Source: Bacteroidota bacterium (GTDB lineage: Bacteria > Bacteroidota > Bacteroidia > Bacteroidales > ML635J-15). Taken from it: DNA of 64,000 nt. This document shows positions 18,029 through 26,488 of this stretch, piece by piece. A program made the translations under genes and the position numbers. The stretch lies in contig JBNJGS010000004.1 in assembly GCA_051747965.1 (NCBI GenBank), forward strand, positions 300 to 64,299, given 5' to 3'. The stretch's first letter is position 1. Each line of letters begins with the position of its first letter. The notes beneath the pieces are model-generated. The model saw only the letters and a list, made by a program, of their open reading frames with translations. It ran no database searches and had not been told where the DNA came from.

Positions 18029-19255
18029 ATGAGAAGCAATCCGGTATTATTTCTTGTTATTATCCTGATTTTTTCCGGTACATTGTATGGTCAGTTGCCT
18101 GAGGATTCCGTTGTCAGTGACTTCTCCTATGGTGCACACATCGGGTTGGGCATCTCACATCTTGGAAATAGAGACACAGTACCCGAAAATGCTGCTTTGC
18201 CTGTGGTAGGATTTCATGGGCAGTATCACGCAGGTAAATACCTGGGCATCATGGGTTCTGCTCAGTATAGTATGCGTGGTTCTAACACTTCCAGCATGGC
18301 TTACAAATACCGCCTGCATTATCTGGATCTGGATATTATGCCGGAATTTTATTTTTTCGATTATTTTACTTTCCGGGCAGGTGTGCGCTATGCGTTGCTC
18401 CTGGGCCAAAAATACAAAGCATTGGCAGGAGAAACATCAAGTGGTTATACAAGCTACGACATGACAAAAGATTATGGAAATGAGATTGAAGCCATTCTTG
18501 GTCTGGAAGCTGCCTTTAATGATGAATGGGCCTTATATGCCAATTATACCATGCCGGTCAATGATCTTCCATATACCAACATACAGATTGGCATCGCGTA
18601 CAAACCCAAATCCGCCATTTTTGAACCTGCAGGACCTACCGTGAGAGAAATTCCTTCAGATGAGAGCAAATGGCCTTTTATTACTGACCTGAAACTTAAC
18701 AATGACGGACTGTTGATGATACCTCCGGAGGTTTACAACATGAAAAAACTGGAAAAGCTCAGTGTCATCAGAAACAGTCTGACAAGGGTGCCTCCTGAAA
18801 TCGGACGCCTGGAAAATCTTGAATATCTGGCACTGCAGTTTAATGAAATTGAGGTGATCAGCGATTCCATCCGGCAATTAACAAAGCTGGAATATCTTGA
18901 TCTCAGATACAATGAGCTTGAGACACTGCCCGAAAGCATAGGTGAGCTTGAAAATCTGCAATTCCTCTATCTTGGCCACAACGATCTCCGGCGACTTCCA
19001 AACAGTATTGGAGACCTGAAAAATCTACAGTATTTACATGTTGGCAAAAATTATCTGGATGAAGTTCCTGAGAGTCTTTTTGAACTCTCCAGGCTGATTG
19101 AACTGGATTTGCGCGATTCAGGCCTGATGTCAATCCCTGACAAACTGTATAAACTCAGAAATCTTGAAAGATTGTACGTTGATTTTCCTGTTCCACCATC
19201 CGTTGTGTCATCCAATCCCCGTTTGGAAGTTATCACAACCGATCCGGTGCATTAA
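18029..19255 (+). CDS. Outer-membrane beta-barrel-like domain fused to a leucine-rich repeat domain
   Basis: Signal peptide. Residues ~22-192 are Gly/Tyr/aromatic-rich with alternating-strand patterns, ending NIQIGIAYK. Residues 217-385 are 23-aa LRRs (L..L..L.L..N.L..(L/V)P..IG.L). Confidence 0.8.
   Translation: MRSNPVLFLVIILIFSGTLYGQLPEDSVVSDFSYGAHIGLGISHLGNRDTVPENAALPVVGFHGQYHAGKYLGIMGSAQYSMRGSNTSSMAYKYRLHYLDLDIMPEFYFFDYFTFRAGVRYALLLGQKYKALAGETSSGYTSYDMTKDYGNEIEAILGLEAAFNDEWALYANYTMPVNDLPYTNIQIGIAYKPKSAIFEPAGPTVREIPSDESKWPFITDLKLNNDGLLMIPPEVYNMKKLEKLSVIRNSLTRVPPEIGRLENLEYLALQFNEIEVISDSIRQLTKLEYLDLRYNELETLPESIGELENLQFLYLGHNDLRRLPNSIGDLKNLQYLHVGKNYLDEVPESLFELSRLIELDLRDSGLMSIPDKLYKLRNLERLYVDFPVPPSVVSSNPRLEVITTDPVH
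18677..19183 (+). repeat. Seven to eight 23-residue (69-nt) leucine-rich repeats
   Basis: Periodic LEKLSVIRNSLTRVPPEIGRLEN / LEYLALQFNEIEVISDSIRQLTK / LEYLDLRYNELETLPESIGELEN and further units. Confidence 0.85.
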
Positions 19256-19283
19256 TATGATTGATTCCCTGAATCTGATGTCA

Positions 19284-19328
19284 TAAAAAAAGCCCGGTTT
19301 AATGCGAAATTAACCGGGCTGATTTGTG
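19284..19328. terminator. Bidirectional intrinsic terminator between the LRR gene and the M4 peptidase gene
   Basis: A 9-bp GC-rich stem AGCCCGGTT/AACCGGGCT. An A-run lies upstream, giving a U-run on the minus-strand transcript, and T-rich sequence lies downstream. Confidence 0.65.
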
Positions 19329-19329
19329 T

Positions 19330-22300
19330 TTATTTTTTCATCAGTTTTAGTATAGTACTTCTGTTGTCCTTTGAGAGTTGAACAAAATACAAACCATCCC
19401 TAAAGTCTGAAATGTTGATTTCCGGTGCTTGCAGTCTTTGCTGCATGACCGTCCGACCCTGGGCATTGTATATCGTCATCTCTACAGGGAATATTTCGTT
19501 TTCCAGTCCTGTAAGTTGTATCACGTCTTCGGCAGGGTTGGGATGCAGGCTGATGCTGTTTTGCCACTTGTTCCCAGGGAAACCGACCTCGCAATCTTCT
19601 GTTTCAATATGCATTTCAGCAGTTTCGCTTTCGCATGGAGGAGTTTGCACTTCCCAGTCGTAAAAATAGTAATAATAGCTGAAGGCAAGATCGTCGCCGG
19701 CGCTGCTCTTTGTTATGCTGACAAGATTATCAATGGTATAAGGATAGTCCAGGTAGCTGGATTCACTTGTCCGGAATAAGTCGGGAGCTCCCAGACCTAC
19801 AAGCTGCAGGTCTTCCCCGGCGGGTATGTTTAAGTTCAGTTCCACACGACTGACACCATCCGGTATATAAATATCCGTGGCGTCAATGATGTTTTGGTAT
19901 TCATCTCTGACAGCTATGCTGCGGGTGCCGGAGCCATCAGCATTGACAAGCACAGAGTTCAGAATAAATGACTGGTACGCATCAAAAATCAGGTAGTGAA
20001 CATAGTCTGCATTACCAAAAAATCCACCCCCTGTTGTATTGTTGCTGGCACCAATAGTGTCAGGTTCCTGGATAATCATTTCACGCAGGTAATAATTTGT
20101 GCTTTCACTCAGTGGTGGGTGTTCCCAACTGTTTCCGCTATGCTGTAGCTGTGTGCAGTTTTCATCTGAAAACCAGTCGAGATATTCTGTGGCGCCGGGA
20201 ATCTCTAAAAGGAAGGCAGAGTCCTGGCAAACAGTTTGGTCTTCAACCTGCAGGGCGGGAGTGAGGTCAACCTGAATGCTTTGGTTGTGGCTGTCACTAC
20301 CGTAGGCATTGCTGACCTCCAGGCTGGCAGTGTAGTTTCCGGCAGTTGCATAAACATGTTCAGGATTTTGTTCATCGCTGGTGTTGCCATCGCCAAAATC
20401 CCAGCTCCAATCGGTGGGCAAAGCAAGGCTCTGGTCTGTAAACTGAATTCTGCCTGTACAGGAATTGTCCTGAGCTGAAAATGCAGCCTCTGGAGGTGCG
20501 TCTTCCTGAACACATTGCCAGTCAATTTGGAAACCGGACATGTTTACTGCCTGATCGCTATGAAACTCAATGGTAATGGCACCTCCGCTTGAGCTTATTG
20601 TTCCGGGATTGCCGGTGGTGTTGCAGTAATATGTATCATTGATCAGCGGAGCAGAATTATCGACACCATCATAAAATGCAATATAATCATAATCGCAGGT
20701 GCTGCCCGAACCGGCTTCAATATCAAAATCCTGAATATTGAGTGTTATCTGGCTTGCTCCGGCAGGCTGGATGGTAAAGGTAGCGTCGGAATTGTCTGGA
20801 TAAACTTCCTCAGGTCCGCCTGCATCATATAAGGTGCCGTTACATTGTTCAGAAAGAGAGTTGCCGCTTTCGGGCATAAATATCAGGCAGGGGTTGGCCG
20901 GACTGATTGACACGAAACCGGCTTTTGTTTCTGTATCAGCTCCACAAGTTCCGCCATCAGCGTAAAGCTCTACATCATAATCCCCTGCGGATGTATATGT
21001 GTGACTGGGATTTACTTCGGTGCTGGTATTTCCATCCCCGAAATCCCACAAAAAGGAATTGCCGTTGATGCTGTAATTTTCAAAATGCACGGTAAACGGG
21101 GCTTCGCAACTTTCTGTGTAGGATGCTTCAAAATCGGCCTGAACTGTTGGAACATAGGCATTGCCGACCCCAATTGCATAAAAGGCATCTGTTACTACAC
21201 CCACTTCGCTGCTACATGCTCCGAAAAAATCCACTGCAGCCTGAATTCCGTAAAATCTGGCATCCAGATATTCGGATGTGTTGGTGAGATAGACTGTCTG
21301 AAGACGAAAAGTAATGTCTTCTGCTGCCTCCATGCCTATGGGACTGATGTTGTATGAATCACCATTGTCATTTGTGCCCGAATTGCCCTCACACAACAGG
21401 TAATACCAGTAGCTCAGCGCACCCATGTTTGTATGAACACCACCATTATCAGAAGCATCCCATACCCAGTATTCTCCCTGATATGTGTCCGGCTTATTGT
21501 ATGCTTTTGGGTTGGCAATTGAACGGAAAGTAGCACCAATGTCCTCACCAACAGTCCAGTCTGCCAGGCTGGGGACAGCATAAAATTCTACAGTGACACC
21601 AAAGATATCACTGAAAGCTTCATTCAATGCTCCGGATTCATCCTGATAATTGAGATTACAGGTAAAAGTTGTGAGACCATGGGTGATTTCATGTGCTGCA
21701 ATATCTACAGTGGTAAGAGGGCTGATGGTTTCATTTCCATCTCCGTAAGTCATCACACTTCCGTTCCAGAAAGCATTGACATTGTTATCGTAGCCATAAT
21801 CGATCAGGCTGAAATGAATGTAGGATTCCAGTGCTAAACCATTGCCGTCGATTGAATTTCTTCCATGCTCATTGTTATAATAATCCCAGGTTCTTTCTGT
21901 GGCAAAATGTGCGTCGGTAGCATATTGATCCAGATCTTCATTGACATTATTCCAGTATGTATCACTGTTTGTAAAATCCACTGCCTGATTATAATCGTCG
22001 GTATCCTGGCAGTTGTATGTTGCTATACCATCTCCGCGTCCGCTTTCCCTGAGCCTGTATTCTCCCTGATAGCTATCGGTAGTGATTTCCTGTTCTCCGG
22101 AATATGCTGTATTGGCGGTGGCTGTTACATCAGCAGAATGTATGCGTGTCTGTTTGTGCAGGATTTCGCCGCTTTCTGCATCGACATACACGTAATGACG
22201 GCTGTATGGTTGCAGGGCAAAAACATCAATTTTCCAGGCAGCCCGGAACCGGTTGCTGTATAAATTACCCTCGTCCGGAAAATATACCTTTTCCGGAACC

Positions 22301-22833
22301 GCTTGTTCGAATTGCCTGCGGTATGGATTTGACTCCCCTGTGTTATATATGTATTGTTCTGCACCAATGTGCATTTCTGCAGCTTCCAGTGCTTCTGCCT
22401 TGCTCAGGCTGAAACTGCCGGATACTGCAGGTTCAGAACAGATATTGCCGTTCATAGATGCGACCTGTCCGTCTTTCAGATGAAACAAATAAGCCGAGTA
22501 TTCCACCGGAATGCCGCTGTATGTCTGCTGGTAACGTTTGTGCTCCATGCCAAGTTGGTCTCGTGTGGCATCCAGGGCAACAAAACCACTTGAGGTATTG
22601 TCACTGAATCTATCCAGATATGTAACTGCTTTGTCTTCCGGTAAGCGGGCTTCATCACGAAAACGGATGTAATTCGGAATGTCAGAAAATGGCTTGATGC
22701 GTAACATTTCAGCACCGGGAGCTATGGCATCTGCCCGTTGCCCGGTAATGATTTCTGCTGTCTGTTTTTGACCTGAAGAGGAAAGTGCTATGCTTAATAA
22801 AACACTCAGGGAAATTATCAACTTGTAAATCAT
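19330..22833 (-). CDS. M4 (thermolysin-like) metallopeptidase with PKD and CUB-like domains and a T9SS type A CTD
   Basis: Signal peptide. Zinc site AAHEITHG...GALNEAFSD. Two WDFGDGNTS PKD-type units. A CUB-like segment CDYDYIAFYDG...FHSD....SGFQIDW. C-terminal LHPNPAEDVIQL...GLYFVQL...ILKLMKK. Confidence 0.9.
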   Translation of the reverse strand: MIYKLIISLSVLLSIALSSSGQKQTAEIITGQRADAIAPGAEMLRIKPFSDIPNYIRFRDEARLPEDKAVTYLDRFSDNTSSGFVALDATRDQLGMEHKRYQQTYSGIPVEYSAYLFHLKDGQVASMNGNICSEPAVSGSFSLSKAEALEAAEMHIGAEQYIYNTGESNPYRRQFEQAVPEKVYFPDEGNLYSNRFRAAWKIDVFALQPYSRHYVYVDAESGEILHKQTRIHSADVTATANTAYSGEQEITTDSYQGEYRLRESGRGDGIATYNCQDTDDYNQAVDFTNSDTYWNNVNEDLDQYATDAHFATERTWDYYNNEHGRNSIDGNGLALESYIHFSLIDYGYDNNVNAFWNGSVMTYGDGNETISPLTTVDIAAHEITHGLTTFTCNLNYQDESGALNEAFSDIFGVTVEFYAVPSLADWTVGEDIGATFRSIANPKAYNKPDTYQGEYWVWDASDNGGVHTNMGALSYWYYLLCEGNSGTNDNGDSYNISPIGMEAAEDITFRLQTVYLTNTSEYLDARFYGIQAAVDFFGACSSEVGVVTDAFYAIGVGNAYVPTVQADFEASYTESCEAPFTVHFENYSINGNSFLWDFGDGNTSTEVNPSHTYTSAGDYDVELYADGGTCGADTETKAGFVSISPANPCLIFMPESGNSLSEQCNGTLYDAGGPEEVYPDNSDATFTIQPAGASQITLNIQDFDIEAGSGSTCDYDYIAFYDGVDNSAPLINDTYYCNTTGNPGTISSSGGAITIEFHSDQAVNMSGFQIDWQCVQEDAPPEAAFSAQDNSCTGRIQFTDQSLALPTDWSWDFGDGNTSDEQNPEHVYATAGNYTASLEVSNAYGSDSHNQSIQVDLTPALQVEDQTVCQDSAFLLEIPGATEYLDWFSDENCTQLQHSGNSWEHPPLSESTNYYLREMIIQEPDTIGASNNTTGGGFFGNADYVHYLIFDAYQSFILNSVLVNADGSGTRSIAVRDEYQNIIDATDIYIPDGVSRVELNLNIPAGEDLQLVGLGAPDLFRTSESSYLDYPYTIDNLVSITKSSAGDDLAFSYYYYFYDWEVQTPPCESETAEMHIETEDCEVGFPGNKWQNSISLHPNPAEDVIQLTGLENEIFPVEMTIYNAQGRTVMQQRLQAPEINISDFRDGLYFVQLSKDNRSTILKLMKK

Positions 22834-23036
22834 AAGGTATGCATTTATTATCTAAAAGCGAAAGATAGGAAAAAGGTTGCACAGAGGTATATGTTTTCGG
22901 AAAAATATCCAGTTTTTTGCGATTTATTCCTGGATTTCCCTATTGAGGTATCAGTGTTCATCTTTGATCTTTTCGAGCCATTCCAAGCCCAATTTGGAAG
23001 TGTTACATCACATGTGAAAAATTATATCTTTGCAGT

Positions 23037-24272
23037 ATGGAAACAGCTCAGCTCATATTCTGGATTATCATCGCTATTCTTGTTCTGGATTTTGTTTTTG
23101 GCAAAACCATTGCCATACTTAATTATCAATGGCGCAAGAAAGACCCACCACCGCAGCTTTCTGATGTGTATGATGAGGAAAAATACGAAAAATTCCAGGA
23201 CTATAGCAGGGCCAATTTCCGTCTTGGCACAATTTCTTCTGTATTGATGTTTGTGCTTATCCTCTTTGTTTTCTTTACTGAAGGATTTGCCTTCCTGCAT
23301 TATTATCTGAGCGGATATATCGATTCTGAAATATGGCTGAGTATTGCATTTTTTGGTGTGCTGGGCCTGGCATCAGGGATAGTTTCATTGCCTTTTGCTG
23401 TTTATGATACTTTTGTGATTGAAGAAAGATTTGGTTTCAATACAACAAGTCCGAAAACATTCATACTTGATATGCTGAAATCTACTTTGCTGGGCATCAT
23501 AATCGGTGGTGGATTGCTTTATGTCATTCTTCTGATTTATCATGATACACAGGAATGGTTCTGGCTGTTGGCCTGGTTGTTACTGAGCCTGTTCTCTGTC
23601 TTTATGGCAGAATTTTATTCCAGTCTCATTGTTCCTTTGTTTAACAAGCAAACCCCTCTGCCGGAAGGAGAATTGAAGGAAAAGATTTCAGATTTTGCGC
23701 AAAAAGCAGATTTCAGGCTTGAAAATGTATATGTGATGGACAGTTCAAAACGCTCTACAAGGGCAAATGCATATTTTACAGGATTGGGCAAAAAGAAACG
23801 TATTGTATTGTTTGACAATCTGGTGAATGATTTTACACCTGATGAAATTGTGGCCGTTCTGGCGCATGAAATCGGGCATTTTAAGAAAAAACATATTCAC
23901 AAAAACCTGGTGATATCTCTTGCAAACAGCGGGATTATGCTTTTTCTTTTTGGATTGTTTGTTGGAAAAGATGTGTTTTCTCAGGCGCTTGGTGTGGAAG
24001 AGGCTACTTTTCATATTGGTGCCATTGCCTTTGCCATGTTATATTCTCCCATATCATCATTGACAGGTATTTTTATGAACAAATACAGTCGCAGGAATGA
24101 GCGGGAGGCTGATGATTTTGCTGCCGGCTATGGACAGGGGAGTGCGCTTGTTTCTGCGCTGAAAAAACTGGCAGCCAAAAATCTCTCAAATCTGACACCT
24201 CATCCATGGCATGTGTTTTTGAATTATTCACATCCACCCCTGGCAGAGCGTGTTCAACGACTGGAAAAATAA
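23037..24272 (+). CDS. M48 family (Ste24/HtpX-like) membrane zinc metallopeptidase
   Basis: Multi-TM N-terminal half, and an HEIGHFKKKH zinc motif with a downstream NEREAD glutamate. Confidence 0.85.
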   Translation: METAQLIFWIIIAILVLDFVFGKTIAILNYQWRKKDPPPQLSDVYDEEKYEKFQDYSRANFRLGTISSVLMFVLILFVFFTEGFAFLHYYLSGYIDSEIWLSIAFFGVLGLASGIVSLPFAVYDTFVIEERFGFNTTSPKTFILDMLKSTLLGIIIGGGLLYVILLIYHDTQEWFWLLAWLLLSLFSVFMAEFYSSLIVPLFNKQTPLPEGELKEKISDFAQKADFRLENVYVMDSSKRSTRANAYFTGLGKKKRIVLFDNLVNDFTPDEIVAVLAHEIGHFKKKHIHKNLVISLANSGIMLFLFGLFVGKDVFSQALGVEEATFHIGAIAFAMLYSPISSLTGIFMNKYSRRNEREADDFAAGYGQGSALVSALKKLAAKNLSNLTPHPWHVFLNYSHPPLAERVQRLEK

Positions 24273-24313
24273 AAATCCGGTCATTCCGGACTATATGGAA
24301 ATGGACTGGATAA

Positions 24314-24838
24314 TCAGAATCCGTGTTCTTCAAGCATCTGTAACCATTTTGCTGCCCGTGGCTCGGTGAGGTTCTCCTGATGATCTTCATCAAGGGCCAG
24401 ACCAACAAAATAATCACCTTCAAGACTGGCTGAGTCTGTATAGTCATAACCTTCATTTGGCCAGTATCCGACAACTTCGGCCTGCATACGTTCAAATTCT
24501 TTCTTCAAAATGCTCATCCCATCAACAAAATGGTCTGGGTAAAGTACCTGGTCACCAAGTCCGAACAGTGCAACTGTTTTTCCTGTCATTCTGATGTTTT
24601 TGTCCTCCAGTTTCTTAAAAAAGGGAAGCCACTTATCGGCAGTATTGGCATCCTGCCATGCATCGGCACCAACGGTTGAACTGCCAAAAATGAAATAATC
24701 GTAAGCTTCTATTTGCTCTTTGCCAATATCGGTGAGCTTGTACAGGTCTGCCTTGTCTTCTATCAAACGGTGAATCTTTTTTGCGGCATTACTTACGTTT
24801 CCACGTTTGGGCCAGTATACGATTGCAATTTTTTTCAT
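24314..24838 (-). CDS. fldA: Long-chain flavodoxin (variant FMN-phosphate loop)
   Basis: FGLGDQVLYPDHFVDGM, VGYWPNEGYDYTDS and FVGLALDEDHQENLT are typical FldA motifs. The N-terminal loop reads WPKRGNVS instead of (S/T)xTGxT. Confidence 0.75.
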   Translation of the reverse strand: MKKIAIVYWPKRGNVSNAAKKIHRLIEDKADLYKLTDIGKEQIEAYDYFIFGSSTVGADAWQDANTADKWLPFFKKLEDKNIRMTGKTVALFGLGDQVLYPDHFVDGMSILKKEFERMQAEVVGYWPNEGYDYTDSASLEGDYFVGLALDEDHQENLTEPRAAKWLQMLEEHGF

Positions 24839-24946
24839 AATTTACTTTTTGGTTTTGCTTAGATGATAAAGTTAACATTATTTCTCCATAATTGTTTTAC
24901 ATCATAATTGGCAGCTACCTCAGCTTTTGGATGTACGGTGATTCAG

Positions 24947-24994
24947 AAATAATGATAAAACTGAGAAAATATATACCTAAAATTTTGATAATGA
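24947..24994. promoter_or_regulatory. Two Fur-box-like GATAATGA-type elements in the divergent flavodoxin / erythrin-like intergenic region
   Basis: aaATAATGATAAaa at 24947-24960 matches 10 of the first 12 positions of GATAATGATAATCATTATC. A second TGATAATGA lies at 24986-24994. Confidence 0.25.
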
Positions 24995-25073
24995 GGAGGC
25001 AAATCAGTCTGCAATCCAGTAAACAAATTGGCTTCTGTCTTGTTTTTACGAATGAACCAAAACTAGAATTTTT

Positions 25074-25571
25074 ATGAAAGAAACACTGAATATCCTTAAA
25101 CAGGCAATTCTGCTGGAGCGGAGAGGACAGGCATTTTACAGAAAAGTTGCAGAGCAAACTGACAATGAAGATGTAAGAAAGATTTTTGACATCATGGCTG
25201 AAGAAGAAAAGCTTCATGAAGCATTTTTGGCCTCACAGTACAAATCATTCCAGGATAATGGCAAATTTGTGGAAGAAGATTTGCCCGATGAGGACAAAGA
25301 CGGGATTAGCAATCTTGTTTTGTCAGAAGATATGAAAAAATCAATTGAGGCTGCCAGTTATGAGGCTTCAGCCATCTCTGCAGCCATAGATATGGAAACC
25401 AAAGCGATAAAATTGTATGCCGGGCATGCCGAAAAAGCTTCAGATCCCAATGAAAAGAAACTGTTTCAGTGGTTATCTGACTGGGAGAAAACCCATCACA
25501 AAATACTGCATGATCTGGATGAAGATTTGCGGGAAAGGGTGTGGCAAGACAACAATTTCTGGCCATTTTAA
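25074..25571 (+). CDS. Ferritin-like diiron protein (erythrin/rubrerythrin-type four-helix bundle, no rubredoxin domain)
   Basis: E, ExxH, E, ExxH ligand pattern: LLERRGQAFY, AEEEKLHEAF, IDMETKAIKLY, DWEKTHHKIL. Confidence 0.7.
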   Translation: MKETLNILKQAILLERRGQAFYRKVAEQTDNEDVRKIFDIMAEEEKLHEAFLASQYKSFQDNGKFVEEDLPDEDKDGISNLVLSEDMKKSIEAASYEASAISAAIDMETKAIKLYAGHAEKASDPNEKKLFQWLSDWEKTHHKILHDLDEDLRERVWQDNNFWPF

Positions 25572-25594
25572 TGTAGCATTTCATTGAATTTTAT

Positions 25595-25634
25595 GAAAAA
25601 AACTGCCTGCAGATATTCTGTATGCAGTTTTTTC
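25595..25634. terminator. Bidirectional hairpin between convergent genes
   Basis: AAAAAACTGC...GCAGTTTTTT, a 10-bp stem with A/T-run flanks on both strands. Confidence 0.5.
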
Positions 25635-25649
25635 ATTTGCACAACAGAA

Positions 25650-26393
25650 TTAGTCCCTGTATAAGTTCGAAAAGCTCAGGTTAACACCAAAATTCAGATT
25701 CAGGGGCATATAACTCAGGCTTTGATTTGTTAGTTTCCTTGAATAAATCAACTGAATATGAAATTTCAGTACCTCAGAGCCCGCACGTATGGTCAGAGCC
25801 GGTTCCAGGAAAGGATAAATATTCCCGTCCAGATCGTTAATGTCCTCAGTAGAAAGCTCGGATTCGGTGTAGTTTTTGTATGCGATATCAAAAAAACCCA
25901 CTCCCATAAATCGCGTACTAAAAGCAATCTGAAAGTTATCTGTGGAGTATCCAACTGATGGTTGCACAAAAGCACGCCAGGATGCGGCAGCGTATTCGTA
26001 TGTTGACAGATAATTGTCATTTTCGAACTTGTCAAAATTGTAGTCATAGGCGCCGTATCCACCACCTCCATATATTTCAAATACAGAGTTTTCATCAAAA
26101 TTGCTATAGTAACCTAGTCCGCCTTCCAGTGAATAGCGGCTTGTAATGTATTCTTTCCGGATTTCATGAGCGGATGTACTGGCCCATTGATTTTTATTGT
26201 AATGTCCGTTAAGCATCACGCCCAGATTATCCGTGAGTCCATATGCCACCTGATAATTATTGTAAGACACTGTGGATGTGACATCTCCTTTGTTTTGCAG
26301 CAAGGGTACGTTTTGCATGGAGGGTTTGTACATTACCTTGCAGGATGTGCTGAGCAAGAGCAGGAGCAGCATGGGGAGTAAAAACGTTTTCAT
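25650..26393 (-). CDS. Hypothetical lipoprotein, possibly an outer-membrane beta-barrel
   Basis: Lipobox-like LLLLLSTSC. Composition is Gly/Tyr/Asn/Ser-rich with alternating aromatic strands. No family recognised. Confidence 0.55.
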   Translation of the reverse strand: MKTFLLPMLLLLLLSTSCKVMYKPSMQNVPLLQNKGDVTSTVSYNNYQVAYGLTDNLGVMLNGHYNKNQWASTSAHEIRKEYITSRYSLEGGLGYYSNFDENSVFEIYGGGGYGAYDYNFDKFENDNYLSTYEYAAASWRAFVQPSVGYSTDNFQIAFSTRFMGVGFFDIAYKNYTESELSTEDINDLDGNIYPFLEPALTIRAGSEVLKFHIQLIYSRKLTNQSLSYMPLNLNFGVNLSFSNLYRD

Positions 26394-26488
26394 GGCTTAG
26401 GTTTTTTACTTTTCTCAAATATAAGCAAAAAACCAATGAGATTGAAATTCAATTTATCAGAGGAAATAATCTTTTGTGATTGAACCTC

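Noticed and set aside
23025-23032. Exact TAnnTTTG (TATCTTTG) as the promoter of the M48 peptidase gene
   Set aside because: The motif ends only 4 nt before the ATG at 23037, so the predicted transcription start would fall at or beyond the start codon. The nearest TTTG is 28 nt upstream, which is poor spacing.
24892-25077. 61-aa ORF in the flavodoxin / erythrin-like intergenic region
   Set aside because: The sequence is AT-rich with a non-ATG start and no motif. It occupies the expected divergent promoter region.
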